DNA of 61,878 nucleotides, filler included, from Chiloscyllium plagiosum (lineage: Eukaryota): NCBI RefSeq assembly GCF_004010195.1. It is 4 parts of one record of this genome, joined end to end, with 100 filler letters (N's around TTAATTAATTAA, not from the genome) between each part and the next. Parts side by side here need not be neighbours in the genome. Positions count along the whole stretch, not along the records: positions 15,789 to 33,201 come from NC_057715.1; positions 33,302 to 53,742 come from NC_057715.1; 2 more parts are not named here. One strand, given 5' to 3'. The notes beneath the pieces are model-generated. The model was not told the origin of the DNA and did no database searches. It saw only the letters and a list, made by a program, of their open reading frames with translations. The position numbers were made by a program, and so were the translations under genes. Positions 26,737-38,610 of the stretch are shown piece after piece. The number at the start of each line of letters is the position of its first letter. Positions within the stretch are counted from its first letter, which is position 1.

Positions 26737-28478
26737 CGAGGCAGATTTTGTTGAAATACCTTCTCACCTGTGGAGCAAGGGGACTCCTCAGCCCTTTACA
26801 TCACTCGGAAAGTGAATCCGCTCCACCATGCTAAGGAACTGGTCCCTATGGTCCACTGTGCAATTACCAAGGCTGACCCACATTGTTACCTGCTGCAGAC
26901 ATTTCAAGAAGACATGACTATTCTCTATTATCCAACTCCTACCTCCTGCAATGCCACACTCCAGCACCAAGAGAGTCGGTATATCCATGATTTAGTCAAC
27001 CCTGATGTATGGGCTGAGACATCCTCCCATGTTGGACTTACAAATTGTGAACCCATTCAAGTTACTTTAAAACCAAATGTTATTCTGCCATCCAGTCGCC
27101 AGTACCCACTAAAATAATAAGCAATACTAAGCCTTACTGCTTTAATTGATAACTTTGTCCATCAAAGCATCTTAGTCCCATGCCAATCGCCTTGTAATAC
27201 ACCAATTATGGCTGTCCCAAGGCCTGGCAACCCAGACCAATATACGTTGATTCAAGATTTAAGAGCTATTAACGTCATTATCCAGCCACTTCATGCCTTG
27301 GTCCCAAACCCAGCACATATTTTATCCTCCATACCATCAGATGCTAAGTTTTTCACCGTTGCTGACCTTCAACATGTCTTTTTCTCCTTGCCTCTTTATG
27401 AGAACAGTCAGTATCTACTTGCCTTCACCTTTAATGGATAGCAGCTAACCTGGACTTGATTACCTCGAGGTTTTATTCACTCTCCAACCCTTTTCTCTCA
27501 GACCTTACAGAAACAATTGCGGTCTTTGACCCTGACAGGTGGATCTACACTAATCCAATACATAGATGACTTCCTTGTGGCTAGTATTGATGAAGTATCT
27601 AACCGCTTTGATGTTGTTCTCCTTAATTTTTTGAAGTACTTAGGATATGTAATCTCTCCATGTAAAGTTTCCATTGCACTACGTCAAGTCAAGTTCCTAG
27701 GCTTCATCATATCTGCTGACTCATGCTCTCTGGAACAAAGCCGCAACACTCAAATTACCAACTTCCCAATCCCAACCACTGCGAAACAAATGCACCAATG
27801 GCTGGGCATAGTCAACTTCTGCAGACAGTGGATTCCCAACAAAGCTCTCCTCATTAAGATGTTGACTCCATATTCCTCATACGAAGGTACCTTTCACCTC
27901 TCCTCAGAGGCAAAGGAAGCCTTTGATGAACTAAAGCAAGCTTTGTCACAAGCTCCAGCTCTGGGAAGATCTCTTTATGTCAGACCCTTCCAATTGTACT
28001 GCACCACCCTGAATGAAGTGCCTCTTCAGTACTTACTCAACTTCATGGAGATAAACATCACCCAGTTGCCTATTTTTCTACTAAACTTGACCCCGTTGCT
28101 TTAGGACATTCTCGCTGCACCCAAATTTTAACTGCCATTTATCTTAGTCTAACATCCGCAGAGAATCTTACACTAACAAGACATTGTCATCTACTGTTCT
28201 CATTCTGTAATTGCCCTCTTGGGAAATTTACAAACTCAACATTTGACTGCTGCTCGCCAAAACCTTTATAATCCTCGATTGACTTTTAAGCATTGTACTA
28301 CCATTGGACTGCCAATTTCCTGGCTCATCCTCCTTCACCCTTGTCCACTCCAAAACATGATTGTTTTCTCTCATTAATGAGGACTCCCAAGTTTGACCAG
28401 AACACTATGATACTCCAATCCTAAATCCTGATATTGATATGTTCACTGATGGTAGTTCCTCTACTGACCATACAGGAA

Positions 28479-28565
28479 GCTGAAAAATGTGTTGTTGGAA
28501 AAGCACAGCAGGTCAGGCAGCATCCAAGGAGCAGGAGAATCGACGTTCTTCAGGAATGAGGAGCA
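28479..28565 (-). mobile_element. Penelope terminal mini-insertion (family A) inside ERV RNase H
   Basis: 12-bp TSD ACCATACAGGAA at 28467-28478 and 28566-28577; removal restores FTDGSSSTDHTGTRLSGYAIV. Confidence 0.8.
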
Positions 28566-30210
28566 ACCATACAGGAACTCGTCTTTCAGGCTATGCGATA
28601 GTTGACGATTATGGCTCTACCCTGGAGTCTGCTGCCTTTGAGACCCCTTTTTCAGCCAACAAGCTGAACTTTTTGCCCTCATCTGTGCTTGCATTTAGGG
28701 ACAGGGCTCCGTGTTAACATTTACACTGACTTCCGATATGCTTTTGGGGTTGTACATGATTTTGGACAACTCTGGAGTAACAGAGGACTTTTGATATCAT
28801 CTGGTACTCCCATCTCTCACCGCCAGCTTGTCTCAGACCTTTTGACCGTGCTCCTACTCCCAAAACAGGTTTCTGTTATCAAATGTACTGGCCATAGAAC
28901 TGGCCAATCTCCTGTTGGTATTGGTAACTGTGCTGCTGTATGGCTGCAAAACAAGCCGCTTGAAACCGTCTTATGATTGTGCCCAAAATGATGAGCCAGG
29001 CTGAAAGCTCTGACAAGAGTGGGTCTACCTTGGATAAACTAATACCAACCATTCAAGATGTTGTTACCTTACAGAGGGATGCCTCTGAATCTGAAAGACA
29101 GTTGTGGTCCAAAGCCGGCCATTATTGTAGTCCTGTTACTAAACTATGGACCATGCCAGCTGGACAAATTTGTACATCTGATGCTCTTGCTTTCTGGGTA
29201 GTTGTCTTCATAATGCTACACACTGTGGTGCTCACTCAACGTTAGATCTGCTTTTAACCACTTGGTGGCATCCATACCTCCAGCAGATGGTCCAACAAGT
29301 AAGTAATGAATGTCTCACCTGCCCAGAACACAATCTGGGGAAGGGTATTCCTTGCCCTGTGTGACAGACACCCCTCCCTGATGGGCCCTTTCAAACCCTT
29401 CAACTTGACTTCATTGAGTTACAAAAGTTATTGTTGATGTTTTTTCCTAAATGGGTTGAAGCCTACCCTAATGCTCCTGCCAAAACTGTTGTGAGTATCC
29501 TACTTAAAGAGATTTGGTATTCGCCTTTGTCTATCTTCTGACAACGGTCCTCGTTTTACTGGTGACATAAATAAGGATTTATGCTCTCAATTCAGCATCC
29601 GCTGTCAACTCCATTGTGTTATCACCCACAGGCTGCAGGTCTTGAGGAGCATTGTAACCAGACTCTTAAAACTAAACTTGCAAAATTGACTTCTGAGACA
29701 GGCCTTTCCTGTATTACCTCTGCTTCTGTTTCACCTACGCTGCACTCCTGCTGGTAGAACTCGTTTAGCTCCTGCTGAAATAGTTTATGGCCGAGCTTTT
29801 TGCACACCTTGGAATCACGCCACTGCTCCTGTTCACTTTCACCACATGACTGAAGACATGTCCTCCTTAACTAAAATTTTGTAAGGACTTCATTTAGGAG
29901 TACGTGCTGCTCATGAAAAACTCCCCTCCCTTGATGGTGTTCCTACTATTGAGACAGGCTCCTTTGCCCTCATCAAGAATTGGACATGCCGCAGCCTCCA
30001 ACCTTGATGGGAAGGACCCTTTCAGGTCCTCCTCACCACCCCAACTGCTGTTAATATCGCTGGGCGTTCTGCCTGGGTCCACATCCATTATTGTAAAGTC
30101 ATTGGAAGAACCCTCAAACGGGGGGGAGATGATGGAGGTGATGGGAATGACAGGGAACTGAGAAAGGAATCTGAACCAGATTATTTAGATACAGCTGCCT
30201 TTTTCGATTA

Positions 30211-30231
30211 GTCATTTTCCTTCTGTTTTAG
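30211..30231 (+). promoter_or_regulatory. Probable env splice acceptor
   Basis: Polypyrimidine tract TTTTCCTTCTGTTTT then AG at 30230-30231, 24 nt before the env ATG at 30255. Confidence 0.6.
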
Positions 30232-30254
30232 ATATCCTAACCCTTGCTTCAGAA

Positions 30255-32120
30255 ATGACTACCAGGATCAGGATCAATTTCACCCTGCTATATGGACTTG
30301 CCATTGCCAGCATTTCTGCACAAGAAGGGACCGTCTATCTGTGTGATCCTGAACAACTGGAGACTGTATACCATTTATGTCAGGATAATGTTCTTGTATG
30401 CCAAGAAACTGACTCCTTCGATGTGTGGAACGTTACTCAAGATGACTGTCATAGTGGTCAACTACATCAACAAGATTGAACAATCCTTTTACAGAACAAG
30501 CCCCAATGGTCTTTACCTTGCCAGTTTGATTTCAGTTGTACTATGGGTAACCCTGGTAAGCCTTGTCCCCATCCAAATAGACCATGCCGTAAAAGAGAAA
30601 AAGGGGAAATATTATCCCTCACTAATAATTTGTTTCTCGAAAGCCATAATAGAGTATTTGGTGAGGATAAAGTGGTTTGTTATGCCCTTATTTCAGCAAA
30701 AGATTCCCAGACCCCTTTTATTCTCCCAAATCCGAACATGGGGGAATGGAATGGTTCTAAAGTATTTACGGGATGTAATATTTATTTTAATCATTATCTA
30801 TCCCCACCCGCTACTTGCTTATGGACTTCCTCCAATAAATCCAGATGACCTATCCAAATTGCTACAATAGTACGGGATGGGGGTGCGCTTATGTAAAAGT
30901 GCCCAAAACTATCCCCTGTGCTATGATTAAATATATCAGCCGTTACTGCTTCCCTGAAGGACCTTAAGGAGGAATGTATCTCGATTACCACTGGTATTCA
31001 AACCCTTTGTGGGGTGGGTAATAACACTCACCTTCATTATAAAACCCCTAATAGCACCAATGTCTTCCCAATTATGGGATGGGTGGAACCATTTTGGGAT
31101 AATAACCACGTCTCTTATCGAGAGACCCACCTCATGCAACTGGACGATTTTTACCCTCTACATCCGAGATCAAATTGTGTATTCATGGATATCCACATTC
31201 TCCAGGAAGTCACAAAGATAGGCCTGCTTTTTATTGGGAAGGTCCCTCCATTATCTATAATAAACTTGTTTTTTTTTAGTCATAATAAAGCATCTAACTA
31301 CCTTGCCTTGAACAAACCAAGTACTCCCTCTGCTGTAGCTGTAGGAACATTTTCTCCAACTACTGTTCCCTGTCCAATTATCTGGCAACGAGATTGGAAT
31401 TCCCTTGTCAAACGTTTAGCCTCCACTGAGTTTTACCCAGAATGAAAGAATCTAAAGGCTCTACAAAACAGTAAAACTCACTCTTTGGGATATGCAGCTC
31501 TTAGTGTTTTTTCTGTAGGAGGATCTTCAGGAGTTATTAGTCATCAAAACCGTAATTATCTTGTTTGTAGTCTCACCCTCTTGGGTAATGAGACAATTGC
31601 TGTCTTATCTAAAATTAGGGACATGCTTTCAGAATTGCACCTATTTACCCAACAAAACCAATATGCCCTCGATTACATACTTGCAAAGGAAGGTGGAGTT
31701 TGCGCCATAGTCAAAGGTAAATGCATCATGGGGGTCACTGACCTCATTGAAAACATTACTAGGCATATAGATAACATCTGTACCGTTGACAGTCAAATGA
31801 ATGAAGGTGCAGGATGGGGTGATTGGGGTTTTGGCTCATGGTACAACTGGTTAATCTATATGGCTATGTATGCTGCTATTATTTTAGTTGGTCTTTTTAT
31901 TGGTATTGCTGTTGTTAAGTGTATTATTGCTAAAATATTAGCTTCTATTGACACCATTAAGTCCACCCAGAAAATGCTTCTTCTCCACTTAGATGAAGAT
32001 GAGGAAGCACCATTTCCTGCCCCGGTCCCTCCCTGGAGGAGGAGGAAGTATGGCAGTCTTTGGCTGCCATCGAATTGGATTGATCTGATCCCTGCCTTCA
32101 CTTTTATGATGTGGTCATAG
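30255..32120 (+). pseudogene. env: ERV envelope pseudogene
   Basis: Signal-peptide-like start MTTRIRINFTLLYGLAIASISA; TM subunit with heptad region, ISD-like QNQYALDYILAKEGGVC, CX6C loop and hydrophobic anchor; SU is broken by stops and frameshifts. Confidence 0.88.
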
Positions 32121-32127
32121 AATGACC

Positions 32128-32139
32128 AAAGGGGGAAGA
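32128..32139 (+). promoter_or_regulatory. Polypurine tract
   Basis: AAAGGGGGAAGA immediately before the 3' LTR TG. Confidence 0.85.
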
Positions 32140-32733
32140 TGAGGATTTAAAATTTGAATTTAGGCTGTTGAGAGGAGCCACAAGTATATGTAGCCTTTTA
32201 TTAACCACAAAATGGCTTTTCAATTTAAAATAACACAACAACATGGCTTCAAGTTATGATTTGACACTGTGAACCTGCATTTCTGCTTTGCCGGGTTAAC
32301 TGAATTAGAAGATAAAGCAAATAATGGACTTTTCGTAAAATGAATCGTAAGACATTAACTGACCACTCAAACTAACCTTGCACTGTGAGTATGAGATGAT
32401 GATGTGCGTAAGACAATACCATTTCCCAAGAAATATCATTCGATTAACCTGCTGTCAATCATGTCACCTTATTACATTTGATTGATCTTTCCTTGTAATT
32501 AAGGCTGTACTGTCTCTTAAAAAAACATATAAAAATTGCTTATTGTTCAATTGTAATTGCACAATTTCTCCACGGAACACAGAAACTTTTAACCTCTGAG
32601 TTGCTGGACAAATCTGCACCTGGCTGCCTTATTTTATGAAATTGGTAACCTTGCTTTAAACAGACCGTACTGCTAGTGATTCTTTTGACTGATCGCGAAA
32701 CCAAGAGGTCCCTCCTGGGGATTCAGATCTTCA
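32140..32733 (+). repeat. ERV 3' LTR (594 bp)
   Basis: Starts TGAGGAT after the PPT; TATAAAAA at 32528-32535; ends ATCTTCA before the TSD. Confidence 0.88.
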
Positions 32734-32744
32734 CTTGGCAATTA

Positions 32745-33201
32745 AGGAGCTCAGGAGGGACTACGCAGGTTGGAGAACCGTGAAGCCCCTCTTTGAGTCC
32801 CCAGCGAACTGGTGGGAAACAGTAAAAGGGAACATCAAGAGGTTCTTCATCCTCAAAAGTGTTCAGGAGGCGAGAGAAAGGCGGGGAAAACTGTCCCAGC
32901 TCCAGGAAAGTATGCAGAACCTGCTCCTGCTGCAGACGATGGAGGTGGATGTCACGGAGGACCTCAAGGAGGTGAAGGGCCAGCGAGCCTCGCTCTTTGC
33001 TTCAGAGGCCTCCAAGATAATCTTCCGGTCCAGGGTCCGCTCGGTGGAGCAGGACAAGACGTGCACACGTTTCTTCTTCCAGAAGGTGCACAAAGAGAGC
33101 TCCGTGCTCAGCAGCCTGAAGGAAGAAGATGGCTCGATAACGTCATCTCAGGCTGACGTCATGAGGATCAGTAAATCCTTCTATGCCAGTCTGTATGACA
33201 C
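32745..33201 (+). mobile_element. Tx1/L1-clade LINE ORF2 fragment, cut by the linker
   Basis: Open frame WWETVKGNIKRFF...RSRVRSVEQDKTCTRFFF...SFYASLYD, typical of the Tx1-like EN-RT linker. Confidence 0.75.
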
Positions 33202-33301
33202 NNNNNNNNNNNNNNNNNNNNNNNNNNNNNNNNNNNNNNNNNNNNTTAATTAATTAANNNNNNNNNNNNNNNNNNNNNNNNNNNNNNNNNNNNNNNNNNN
33301 N
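33202..33301. other. Artificial scaffold/contig linker
   Basis: 44 N + TTAATTAATTAA + 44 N. Confidence 0.9.
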
Positions 33302-33965
33302 TCTGGGTGTTCTTGTACATCAGTCAATGAAGGTAAGCATGCAGGTAGTGAAGAAGGCTAATAGCATGCTGGCCTTCATAACAGGAGGGATTGAGTATAG
33401 AAGCAAAGAGGTTCTTCTGCAGCTGTACAGGGCCCTGGTGAGACCACTCCTGGAGTACAGTGTGCAGTTCTGGTCTCCGAATTTGAGGAAAGACATTCTG
33501 GCTATTGAGGGGGTTCACGAGGTCAATTCCTGGAATGGCGGGACTACCTTACGCTGAAAGACTGGAGCGACTGGGCTTGTATACCCTTGAGTTTAGAAGA
33601 CTGAGAGGGGATCTGATTGAGACATATAAGATTATTAAAGGATTGGACACTCTGGAGGCAGGAAACATGTTTCCGCTGATGGGTGAGTGCCGAACCAGAG
33701 GACACCGCTTAAAAATACGGGGTAGACCATTTAGGACAGAGATGAGGAGAAACTTCTTCACCCAGAGAGTGGTTCCAGTGGAGGCCCAGTCTCTGGATTC
33801 ATTTAAGAAAGAGTTGGATAGAGCTCTCAAGGATTGTGGAATCAAGGGTTATGGAAATAAGACAGGAACAGGATACTGATTAAGGATGATCAGCCGTGAT
33901 CATATTGAATGGTGGTGCAGGCTCGAAGGGCAGAATGGCCTATTCCTGCACCTATTGTCTATTGC
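33302..33965 (+). mobile_element. CR1 LINE 3' end
   Basis: LYRALVRPLLEYSVQFWSP, RRLRGDLIETYKI, RRNFFTQRVV; CTATTGT tail. Confidence 0.88.
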
Positions 33966-34109
33966 ACTCTTAGCTATCTTCTCCCCAGCCCCAACCCCCT
34001 CCCATTTATATCTCCACCCTGCAGGTTTCCAGCCTTATTCCTGATGAAGGGCTCCTGCACCACTCTAATTTTGACTCTGATCTCCAGCATCTGCAGTCCT
34101 CACTTTCGC

Positions 34110-34530
34110 CTAGTTGCCCTTAGTGTTCAGGGGTGTGCAGGCTAGGTGGATTGGCCATGCTAAATTACCCATATTCTCAGGGATGTGCAGGCTAGGTGGA
34201 TTGGCCATGCTAAATTACCCATAGTTCTCAGGGATGTGCAGGCTAGGTGGATTGGCCATGCTAAATAACCCATATTCTCAGGGATGTGCAGGCTAGGTGG
34301 ATTGGCTATGCTAAATTGCCCATAGTGTCAGGGAAGCGTAGGTTGGGTGGATTGGCCATGCTAAATTACACATAGTTTTCAAGGATGTGTAACTTAGGTG
34401 CATCTGTCAAGGGAAATGTCGAGTAGTAGAGTAGGAGACTGGGTCTGGATGTGATGCTGTTTGGACGGTTGGTGTGGACTTGTTGGGCCAAATGACCAGT
34501 TTCCACACTGTAGAGATTCTATGATTCTAT
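34110..34530 (+). mobile_element. HE1-type SINE 3' half with an internal ~50-bp tandem expansion
   Basis: About five tandem copies of GGGATGTGCAGGCTAGGTGGATTGGCCATGCTAAATTACCCATA(G)TTCTCA followed by the normal tail. Confidence 0.75.
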
Positions 34531-34637
34531 GGCCTACTCCTAGTTTCTGTCTTTAACCAAGAGCCAGCAATGCAAGACTGTCATGAATAAATCCAACCGA
34601 GACATCTGTATAAAGGTTCTTCTCTCAGAGAATGGGG

Positions 34638-36420
34638 GTCAAAAAGTGTGGTGCTGGAAAAGCACAGCCAGTCATGCAGCATCTGAGGAGCAGGAGAGTC
34701 ACCATTTCGAGCATTGGCTGTTCATCAGGAATGTAGGGGAGGTCCCAGGGGGCTGAGACATAAATGGGAGGAGGGTGAGTGGAGTGGTAGCTGGGAACAC
34801 GATAGGTAGATGGAGGTGGGGGGTGATGGTGATAGGTCGGAGTGGAGGGTGGAACAGATGGGGGGAAGAAGATGGACAGTTAGGACAGATCAAGAGGGCA
34901 GTGTCGACTTGGAGGGTTGAATCTGGGATAAGGTGGCAGGAGGGGAGATGAGGGAACTGGTGAAATCAATATTGATCCTGTGTGGTTGGAGGATCCCAAG
35001 ACAGAAGATGAGGTGTTCTTCCTCCAAGCGTTGGGTGGCTAGCATCTGGCAGTGGAGGAGACCCAGGACTTGCATGTCCTTGGGGGAGTGGCAGGGGGAG
35101 TTGAAGTATTTGGCCACAGGGTAGTTAGTTTTTTTTTTAGTGTGTGTGTCTCAGAGATGCTCTCTGTAACGATTTGCAAGTTGGTGTCCTGTCTCCCTGA
35201 TGTAGAGGAGACCACATGGGGAGCAATGGAAACAGTAGATGATGTGTGGAGGTGCAGGTAAATCTCTGCCGGATGTGGAAAAATCCTTGGGACCTTGGAC
35301 GGAGGTGTGAAGGAGGTGTGGGCGCAGGTTTTGCACTTCCTGCGGAGGCAGGGAAAGGAGCCCAGGATTGGAGGGTGGGTTGGTAGGGGATATGGAGCTA
35401 ACAAGGGAGTCACAGAGCGAATGGTTTCTGTGGAATGCAGATAAAGGTGCGGAGGGAAATATACCTGTGGTGATGGGGTCTGTTTGCAGGTGGCGGAAAT
35501 GGCAGAGGATGATGCATTGTATCCGGAAGTTGGTGGGGTGGTAGGTGAGGACTAAGGGTGTTCTGTCCTTGTTGTGATTGGAGGGGTGGGGTTCAAAGGC
35601 AGAGGTGTGGGAAGTGGAAGAGATGCGCTGGAAGACATTGTTGACCACATGGGAGGGGAAATGGCAGTCCTTAAAGAAGGAAGCCATCTGGGTCGATGTT
35701 CCATGGTAGAATTGGTCCTCTTGGAAGCAGATGTGTCGGAGGCGGAGGACTTGGGAATAAGACATAGCGTTTTTACAGGAGATGGTGGTGGGAGGAGGTG
35801 TAGTCCAGATAGCTGTGGGAGTCGGTGGGTTTGAAGTAGATGTCTTTGTTGAGCCAATCGCCGGAAATGGAGATGGAGAGGTCCAAGAAGGGGATGGAGG
35901 TGTCCCAGATGGTCCAGGTGATCTTGAGGTCAAGGCGGAAGGTGTTTGTGAAGTTGATGAACTGTTCAACCTCCTTGTGGGAGCACGAGGTGGCGCTGGT
36001 ACAGTAATCAGTGTAGCGGAGGAAAAGCTGGGGAAGTTGCCAGTGTAGCTGCGGAAGATGGACTGTTTCACGTACCTGACAAAGAGGTAGGCATAGCTGG
36101 GGCCCATGCAGGTGCCCATTGACTACCCCTTTGGTCTGGAGGAAGTGGGAGGATTCAAAGAAGAAATTGTTGAGGCTGAGTCCATGAGTTGGAGCCTGGC
36201 TTCAGCATTGCCGAGGTTGGTGCGCCAAATGGCCACTGCGCCCTCCCACACCTCTCACCTTGTCTGCTGGTTTGATGGTGAGGTTGGGGTTGGAGTCGAG
36301 GGCTGCACGTTGTGAGAGTGAGAGTTTGGAGTGCATGAGAGGGGTGGACAAGTTGAGGCGGTCAATATCATGGCAATGGAAATGAAGAGATGGAGGGTGG
36401 GTAACAGACCATCACAGGGT
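34638..36420 (-). mobile_element. Penelope-like element, RT plus GIY-YIG (left arm of inverted pair)
   Basis: MGTCMGPSYAYLF (RT), CxRRKCKTC, IIYCFHCSPCGLLYIRETGHQLANRYREHL (GIY-YIG). Confidence 0.88.
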
Positions 36421-36459
36421 GTCCAAATGGAAGGAGTGTTTTGGAGGCGGGCCTAGAGC

Positions 36460-37801
36460 ATCTCAGACACCTTACAGCTCAGCAAGGAAACATACATCCA
36501 GAACCTCAACCTGAGCTACAAATTCTCTCAAAACTCACCTCCCTCCCCTTCCTGGATCTCTCCATCACCATTTCCAGTGACTGACTCAACATGGACATCT
36601 ACTTCAAGCACACCGACTCTCACAGCTACCTGGACTACATCTCCTCCCACTCTACTTCCTGTAAAAACACTAACCCTAACTCTTAATTCCTCTGCTTCCG
36701 CCGCATCTGCTCCCAGGAGGACCAAAACCAGGACAGAACATCCCAGATGGCTTCCTTCAAGGACTGCAATTTCCCCTCCCAATGCAATTTCCCCTCCAGC
36801 ACATCTCCTCCACTTCCTACACCTCCGCCCTTGAATCCCACCCCTCCCAACGCAACAGGGACAGAACCCCCCTGGTTCTCACCTTCCACCCCACCAACAT
36901 CTGGATACAGTGCATCACCCTCCGCCATTTCCGCCACCTGCAAAGAGATCCCACCTCCAGGGATACATTTCCCTCCTCACCCCTATCTGCATTCCACAGA
37001 GACCATTCCCTCCCAACTCCCTTGTTAGGTCCATGCCCTCTGCTCCGACTTCCTTTCCCTGCCTCCACAGGAAGTGCAAAACCTGCGCCCACACCTCCTC
37101 CACACCTCCGTCCAAGGTCCTAAGGATTTTTCCACATCCGGCACAGATTTATCTGCACCTCCACACATCATCTACTGTTTCCATTGCTCCCGATGTGGTC
37201 TTCTCTACATCAGGGAAACAGGACACCAACTTGCCGATCATTTCAAAGAACATCTCTGAGACACCCGCACCAGCTGACCCCACCGCCCCGTGGCTAAACA
37301 CTTCAACTCCCACTGCCACTCCCCCAAGGACATGCAAGTTCTGGGCCTCCTCCTCCGCCAGATTCTAGCCACCCAGCACTTGGAGGAAGAACACCTCATC
37401 TTACACCTTGCCACCCTCCAACCACACGGGATCAATGTTGATTTCACCAGTTTCCTCATTTCCCTCCCCCACCTTATCCCAGATCCAACCCTCCACCTCA
37501 GCACTGCGCTCTTGACCTGTCCTACCTGTCCATCTTCCTTCCCATCTATCCTCTCCACCCTCTGCTCCGACCTATCACCATCAACCCCCACCTCCATCTA
37601 CCTAGCGCATTCCCAGCTACCTTTCCCCCAGCCCCACCCACCTCCCATTTATCTCTCAGCCCCCGCCCCACATTCCTGCTGCTGACCTTATAGCCAAAAC
37701 GTCGATTCTCCTGCTCCTCGGATGCTGCCTGACCAGCTGTGCTTTTCCAGCCCCACACTTCTTGACCCTGATCTCCAGCATCTGCACTCCTCACTCTCAC
37801 C
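36460..37801 (+). mobile_element. Penelope-like element (right arm of inverted pair)
   Basis: DRTPLVLTFHPT, IIYCFHCSRCGLLYIRETG and AKHFNSHCHSPKDMQVLGLL, followed by the terminal repeat. Confidence 0.88.
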
Positions 37802-38319
37802 CAGAGAATGGGGACAAAGTGCGGCGCAGGGTTTAACATAGACTGGTTGGGTCAAATGGCCTATTTCTGTGCCTTAAAATCTTTGAATCCTGTCCTTATG
37901 ATTCGGTTTTTTTGGTGGATTTCTACCACACAATTCTGAGATTGGTCAGTCTTTGCTGAGGTGTTTCTTGCTCAGGACTGAACTAATTTGATCCAGCTGG
38001 AGTCTCACCAAGCTATATAAATCTGAGTCACGGCAGGGACGTGAAAGAACCAGGCAAATCCTAGAAACATAGAAAATAGTGGCAGGAGTAGGCCATTTGG
38101 CCCTTTGAGACTGCTCTTCTACTCGTTATAATCATGGTTGAGAGTGTGTGGGGCTGGAAAAGCACAGCAGGTCATGCAGCATCCGAGGAGCAGGAGAATC
38201 GACGTTCCTGGCAGGAGCCCTTCATCAGGAAATGATCATGGCTGATCCTCCAACTTGGTAGCTTGTTCCTCCTTTTCCCCAAATCATTTTATCCCTTTAG
38301 CCCCGAGTGCTATATCAAG

Positions 38320-38610
38320 GGGCGGCTCAATGGTTAGCACTGCTGCCTCATAGCCCAGGGAGCAGGACTTGATTCCAGCCTTGGGTGACTGTGTGGAGTT
38401 TGCACATTCTCCCTGTGTCTGTGTGGGTTTCCTCCGGGTGCTCCGGTTTCCCCCCACAATCCAAAGTTGTGCAGGTTAGGTTGATTGGCCATGGGAAATG
38501 CAGGGTTGCAGGAATAGGATAGGTGGTGGGTCTGGGTGAGATGCTCTTTGGAGAGTTGGTATGAGCTCGATAGACCAAATGGCCTGTTTCCACACTGTCG
38601 GGACTATTTT
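38320..38610 (+). mobile_element. HE1-type V-SINE
   Basis: tRNA-like head, V-domain and CCTGTTTCCACACTG tail. Confidence 0.8.

Larger units (their letters stand above)
26240..30105 (+). pseudogene. pol: ERV pro-pol pseudogene (protease C-half, 2H-like insert, RT, RNase H, integrase)
   Basis: NLMGRALL; QYPL, SPCNTPI, QDLRAIN, LPRGFIHSP, YIDD (27559-27570); FTDGSS, NIYTDFRYAFGVVHDFG; LQLDFIEL, SSDNGP, WEGPFQVLLTTPTAV; many stops and frameshifts. Confidence 0.92.
26041..32733 (+). mobile_element. Endogenous retrovirus, class I / epsilon-like, defective (gag and PBS deleted)
   Basis: TG...CA ends with imperfect inverted repeat (TGAGGAT/ATCTTCA); TSD CTTG at 26037-26040 and 32734-32737; order pro-RT-RH-IN-env-PPT-LTR. 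Confidence 0.93.
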
